A stretch of 64,000 nt of DNA. It comes from an uncultured Halobacteria archaeon. Lineage in GTDB: Bacteria; Pseudomonadota; Gammaproteobacteria; UBA9214. A program made the translations under genes and the position numbers. Shown piece after piece: positions 59,873 through 64,000 of this stretch. Under the pieces are notes generated by a model, which did no database searches, was not told the origin of the DNA, and saw only the letters and a list, made by a program, of their open reading frames with translations. The number at the start of each line of letters is the position of its first letter. The first letter of the stretch is position 1. The stretch is from positions 162,912-226,911 of the forward strand of contig CAVYIJ010000001.1 of the NCBI GenBank assembly GCA_963768575.1, in the 5' to 3' direction.

Positions 59873-61282
59873 TCAGGGTATCAGTCGATTCAGCAGCCAG
59901 ACGAGCAAACGCACCTTGCGCGATTGCAGCAAGCCGGCGTAACTGCTGTTGACCGCGCGCCGGTTAATCTGGGCATAAGTTGGATAGGCATGTATCAGTT
60001 CGCTGATATGTTTCACCTTTGCCCTGACCTGCATCGCCAGCGCAAGTTCATGGATCAATTCACCGGCATGCGCGCCGACGATACTCGCGCCGATCACCCT
60101 GCCCCTGGCAACGAGTATTCTGGCCTGCCCGACCGGTGCGTTGTCTGTGATAGCGCGATCGACATCGGCCATGGGAAATTCGGCTACCTGATAGCTGATG
60201 CCCCCGGCTTCCGCCTGCTGCTCCGTCAGGCCAACCATGGCAACTTCCGGATCGGTGTATATTACGCTTGGAATAACACGGTAGTCGATTTTCCTGGGTA
60301 TCCTGAAGGCAATATTGGCCAGCGCGATGCCGGCCTGGTATTCCGCCATATGGGTAAACTGGAATGGGCCGCACACGTCACCCACTGCAAATATATGGCG
60401 CCTTGTAGTACGCAAGCGCCGATCGACGTGAATCCCCTTGCCGCTGAACTCGACCCCTGCACTCTCCAGGCCGAGACCGTGCACGGCCGGCCGCCGTCCG
60501 GTTGCGACCAGGATACGGTCGCATTCCACCGTCTCGCCACTTTCCAGTTGCAGCTGGCGGGCATCACCGGCACGGCGCACGGCCGTCACGCTGGCAGAAA
60601 GATGCAGCTTGATCCCTTCTGCGACAAGCGCGTCCTGCAGGCTTGCCGCAGCCACCCTGTCCATCGCCCCCAGCAGGCGGTCCGCCATTTCGACGATCGT
60701 GACCCGGCTGCCGAGGCGCGAGAATGCCTGCGCCAGTTCCAGCCCGACCGGCCCACCGCCGATGACTGCCAGTCTCGCGGGTAAGGCACGCCGCTGGAAT
60801 ATCGTTTCATTGGTGTCGTAGCCGGCCTCGTCCAGCCCCGGGATCGGCGGTATTGCCGGCAGGGAACCGGTCGCAATCAGGAATCTTCGGGCGCGGATGA
60901 TTTCATCGTCCACCACGACCTCTTTATCACCGGTGAATACGGCCTTGCCGAAGCGGACGTCGCAACCATAGCCGCGGAAGCGCTCCGGGTCGTCATGCAG
61001 CTGTATTTTCGCAATCACGCTGTCGACATGGTCGACCGCGCGCGTAAAGTCGATTTCGGGCATCGACGCCAGCAGGCCCATGGCCGCACCCTCGCGGGCA
61101 GTCTGGGCGATGCGGGACATGGCGATGAGCGACTTGCTGGGCACGCAACCGGTATGCAGGCAGTCTCCACCCAGGCGACCGGATTGCTCCACCAGCGTTA
61201 CCCTGAGTCCCAGTTGCGCGGCAACGCTTGCAACCACCAGGCCGCCGGGACCGCCGCCGATCACGAGCAGGTCCTGCTTCAC
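59873..61282 (-). CDS. Class I pyridine nucleotide-disulfide oxidoreductase (LpdA/MerA-like)
   Basis: GGGPGG, GGDCLHTGCVPSK, GGGPVG.E, QFTHMA and HAYPT; lacks the MerA C-terminal CC pair. Confidence 0.88.
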   Translation of the reverse strand: MKQDLLVIGGGPGGLVVASVAAQLGLRVTLVEQSGRLGGDCLHTGCVPSKSLIAMSRIAQTAREGAAMGLLASMPEIDFTRAVDHVDSVIAKIQLHDDPERFRGYGCDVRFGKAVFTGDKEVVVDDEIIRARRFLIATGSLPAIPPIPGLDEAGYDTNETIFQRRALPARLAVIGGGPVGLELAQAFSRLGSRVTIVEMADRLLGAMDRVAAASLQDALVAEGIKLHLSASVTAVRRAGDARQLQLESGETVECDRILVATGRRPAVHGLGLESAGVEFSGKGIHVDRRLRTTRRHIFAVGDVCGPFQFTHMAEYQAGIALANIAFRIPRKIDYRVIPSVIYTDPEVAMVGLTEQQAEAGGISYQVAEFPMADVDRAITDNAPVGQARILVARGRVIGASIVGAHAGELIHELALAMQVRAKVKHISELIHAYPTYAQINRRAVNSSYAGLLQSRKVRLLVWLLNRLIP

Positions 61283-61947
61283 GCCTGCGCGTCCTTTGCC
61301 CGGCGCCGCAGCTTCAATATGATTCGCGACAGGAAGGCGATGCTCGCGACAACAGCGATGGCCAGCAGTACTTTGCGGACAACATCCTCACCACCGCTGG
61401 CGAGTTCACGCCCGGCATGGCCCAGGTAAGTGTAGGCCGCGCCACCGGGCGCCATGAAAATAAACGTGGTGATGACATAATGCGAGAGCCTGATTTTCGT
61501 CAGGCCAAGTGCATAATTGAGCAGGTTGAACGGAAACAGCGGCACCAGTCGCACGAACGCCACAAAACGCCAGCCTTCTTCCTCGACGCCATCGACCAGT
61601 TGCCGCAGACGCTTGCCGGTGCGCTGTGCCACCCAGTCACTGGCAATGAAACGCGCCAGCAGGAATGCCAGTGTGGCGCCGATGGTTGCACCGGCGAGAT
61701 TGTAGAGCGTGCCGTAAAACGGCCCGAACAGCGCGCCACCGGCCAGGGTGAATAAAATTCCGGGCAAAAAGAACACCGTGGCAATCGCATAACCGCCGAT
61801 GAATGCCAGCGGCGCAAGCCAGCCGAATTGCCCGACACGTCCGGTCAGCACATCGATAGACAACTGTTCGCGCCATACGAATGCGGCTGTGATGCCGGCC
61901 GCCAGCAACAACAGGATTACCAGGCGACGCAGGTTTTCAGGGCTCAT
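61279..61947 (-). CDS. TVP38/TMEM64 (DedA/VTT) membrane protein
   Basis: PG..FTLAGGALFG, GATLAFLLAR and RLVPLFPFNLLNYALG. Confidence 0.9.
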   Translation of the reverse strand: MSPENLRRLVILLLLAAGITAAFVWREQLSIDVLTGRVGQFGWLAPLAFIGGYAIATVFFLPGILFTLAGGALFGPFYGTLYNLAGATIGATLAFLLARFIASDWVAQRTGKRLRQLVDGVEEEGWRFVAFVRLVPLFPFNLLNYALGLTKIRLSHYVITTFIFMAPGGAAYTYLGHAGRELASGGEDVVRKVLLAIAVVASIAFLSRIILKLRRRAKDAQA

Positions 61948-62794
61948 TACGTTCATCGAAGTTGCGCCGGTTGATGGCGTAATCGGTTATCTTGCCGATG
62001 AACGGCAACGACAGCAGGCCAGGCAGACGGGTACAGTGCGCCGGATCACGCCAGGTATCGATGCCGATGATCATATCCTTGTGGCCGTCCTGTGGCTGGT
62101 CCCGGTAGGTACCGAACAGCCGGTCCCACACAGACAGGTTAAAGCCGAAATTCGAATTGGTTTCATGTTGACGGTGCGAGTGGTGCACGCGATGCATGTC
62201 CGGGGTTACGATCAACAGGCGCACCAGCCGGTCCACTGCCAGCGGTATCCGTACATTGGCATGGTTGAACATGGATGTTCCATTCAGCAACACCTCGAAT
62301 ATCACCACCGCCAGTACCGGCGGACCGAGCAGGACTATCACGGCGAACTTGATCAGCATGGAAAGGACTATCTCGATCGGGTGAAAACGCGCCCCGGTAG
62401 TGACATCGAAGTCGAGGTCAGCATGATGCACCCGGTGCAGTCGCCAGAAGACGGGTACCGCGTGAAACATAAGGTGCTGCATATAGATGGCTGCATCCAG
62501 CACCACGACTGCAAACGGGACCGCAAGCCAGCCGGGTATGTCAACCTGGTTCAACAGCCCCCATTGCTGTGCACCGGCGTGTATCGCAATACCGACGGCA
62601 GCCAGCGGGAACAACAGTCGCAGCAGCACGGTATTCAGCACGACCAGGCCGATATTGTTCAACCAGCGCAACCCCTTGGGTTGCGTCAGCGCCCGGCGCG
62701 GTGCCAGTATCTCCCACACGGCCATCAGCAGGAATATGCCGAAAAAGAAACCGAGCCGAATGGCCGTTTCGTATGTGGTTATAAAATTATCCAT
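61937..62794 (-). CDS. Sterol desaturase / fatty acid hydroxylase family membrane diiron enzyme
   Basis: His boxes QHLMFH, HRVHH, RFHP.E, FNHAN and HRVHH, plus NFG..LSVWDRLFGT. Confidence 0.88.
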   Translation of the reverse strand: MDNFITTYETAIRLGFFFGIFLLMAVWEILAPRRALTQPKGLRWLNNIGLVVLNTVLLRLLFPLAAVGIAIHAGAQQWGLLNQVDIPGWLAVPFAVVVLDAAIYMQHLMFHAVPVFWRLHRVHHADLDFDVTTGARFHPIEIVLSMLIKFAVIVLLGPPVLAVVIFEVLLNGTSMFNHANVRIPLAVDRLVRLLIVTPDMHRVHHSHRQHETNSNFGFNLSVWDRLFGTYRDQPQDGHKDMIIGIDTWRDPAHCTRLPGLLSLPFIGKITDYAINRRNFDERNEP

Positions 62795-63803
62795 GGCCTG
62801 ACCGGTAAGCCGGTTCGGTTGTCGTGTTCAACATTTCGACTTTTTCCAGCGCATCAAGCAGTACGCGGCTGCCGGCACCTGCGAGGTGCGCATGCTCGCT
62901 GAGGTGGCGCCGCCACAGTCTTGCGCCGGGTACGCCCTGAAAAAGTCCGGACATGTGCCGCGTTATATGTTTGAGCAAGGTACCGCTGCGAAGTTCCTTC
63001 TCGATGTAGGGCAGCATCTGCCTGACCAGCTCACCACGCGAGGGTATGGCATGACTGTCGCGGTAGAAGCGCTTATCAACCCCTGTCAGCAGCCAGGGGT
63101 TGTGGTAGGCGGCCCGGCCAAGCATGACGCCATCCACGCGCTGCAGGTGTTCCGCGGCTTCATCCAGGCTCGCAATACCACCATTGATGATAATGTCCAG
63201 CGCCGGGAAATCCTGTTTCAATTGCCAGGCGTATTCATATTTCAGCGGGGGAATCGTGCGGTTTTCCTTCGGACTCAGGCCTTGCAGGAAGGCCTTGCGG
63301 GCATGTATCACGAACACTGTACAGCCGCCTTCATGAACCGTGTCGACGAACCGGTACAGTTCAGCATAGCTGTCCCTGTCATCGATGCCGATACGCGTCT
63401 TGACGGTGACCGGCACGGCTACCGCCTGCTGCATGGCGCTCACGCAGTCAGCCACCAGCGCCGGCTCGGCCATCAGGCAGGCCCCGAAACGGCCGGACTG
63501 CACCCGGTCACTCGGACAGCCCACGTTCAGGTTGATTTCATCATAGCCGTAATCAACGCCAATCCGCGCGCACTCGGCGAGTTCAGCCGGATTACTGCCG
63601 CCGAGTTGCAGCGCGACCGGATGCTCGCTGTCATGGAATGCCAGCTGACGGTCGCGATCGCCGCGCAGGATGGCGCCGGTCGTAATCATCTCCGTATACA
63701 GCAAGGTATGCCGGCTCAGTTGCCGCAGCAGGAAACGACAGTGACGGTCGGTCCAGTCCAGCATCGGTGCGACGGATATCTGGCGTGTTATGGTTCGAGT
63801 AAT
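62787..63803 (-). CDS. dusA: tRNA-dihydrouridine synthase DusA (start codon uncertain)
   Basis: SVAPMLDWTDRH, NLNVGCPS.RVQSG.FGACLM, HARKA.LQGLSPKENR and GVMLGRAAY. The conserved SVAP lies upstream of the first ATG (63764). Confidence 0.93.
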   Translation of the reverse strand: MTRTITRQISVAPMLDWTDRHCRFLLRQLSRHTLLYTEMITTGAILRGDRDRQLAFHDSEHPVALQLGGSNPAELAECARIGVDYGYDEINLNVGCPSDRVQSGRFGACLMAEPALVADCVSAMQQAVAVPVTVKTRIGIDDRDSYAELYRFVDTVHEGGCTVFVIHARKAFLQGLSPKENRTIPPLKYEYAWQLKQDFPALDIIINGGIASLDEAAEHLQRVDGVMLGRAAYHNPWLLTGVDKRFYRDSHAIPSRGELVRQMLPYIEKELRSGTLLKHITRHMSGLFQGVPGARLWRRHLSEHAHLAGAGSRVLLDALEKVEMLNTTTEPAYRSGHG

Positions 63804-63828
63804 AGCGGCTCTCCGCTGAGGTGATTTT

Positions 63829-63855
63829 TTAGAAAAATGCGCCGCCTGCCGATAA
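63829..63855 (+). promoter_or_regulatory. Possible sigma28-like promoter for the gene starting at 63990
   Basis: Perfect GCCGATAA at 63848-63855, but weak -35 (TTAG/TAGA). Confidence 0.3.
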
Positions 63856-63989
63856 ACTGTAATAGCGGATGCCCGCAGGTGAAGTCTGTCACAGTTTAAA
63901 AATTTCGACTTTTGTATTTCAGCCGCGGGTGCTATAGTCCAAATTATTGATAGTTTTATGAATTGTACCTATTTGCCAAGGAGTTAGCC

Positions 63990-64000
63990 ATGGATAGTAC
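63990..64000 (+). CDS. Probable start of a gene running off the window
   Basis: AAGGAG RBS followed by ATG GAT AGT; divergent from dusA. Confidence 0.45.

Noticed and set aside
59873-61282. Mercuric reductase MerA
   Set aside because: It lacks the C-terminal Cys-Cys pair and the N-terminal metal-binding domain, and no mer genes are nearby.
56461-63803. dusA-associated integrative element carrying the arsS operon
   Set aside because: No integrase or att duplication is visible, and the operon lies 3' of dusA whereas such elements insert at the 5' end; sequence beyond 64000 cannot be judged.

Overview
A GC-rich (~60%) gammaproteobacterial chromosome segment. Gene content resembles sediment or marine Chromatiales-like chemolithotrophs, which is an inference. 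It has four parts. (1) 1-21 kb is a mixed accessory region: a partial sucrose-phosphate-synthase-type glycosyltransferase next to a P-loop kinase and a HIT/GalT-like transferase, rluE, an orphan membrane-anchored XkdW-like protein, a def plus truncated fmt-like pair, an old yellow enzyme, a PEP-CTERM protein, bcp, metH, a secreted Gly/Pro/Trp-repeat protein, a MauG-like diheme protein, a stand-alone 4x MshEN-motif protein and cytochrome c5. (2) 21-32.7 kb is a sigma28-type chemosensory operon (cheA-cheW-mcp-mcp-STAS-cheR-cheB-cheY-CheX-like) with two membrane-anchored Aer2-like PAS receptors. (3) 33-55.5 kb is a core housekeeping block (serS, crcB, rarA, lolA, ftsK, ald, trxB, aat, infA, clpA, clpS, nudJ, mnmA, hflD, acnA, purB). 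(4) 56-64 kb is a tightly coupled operon behind dusA: sterol-desaturase-family enzyme, DedA/TVP38 protein, flavin disulfide reductase, ArsS-type radical SAM, ArsM-like methyltransferase and two TIGR04283/04282-type transferases, a candidate arsenosugar or arsenolipid system. Many genes, including the normally essential lolA, carry +1 frameshifts that are most likely sequencing or assembly errors. No rRNA, tRNA, CRISPR array or transposase was seen. All family assignments come from recognised motifs, not database searches.
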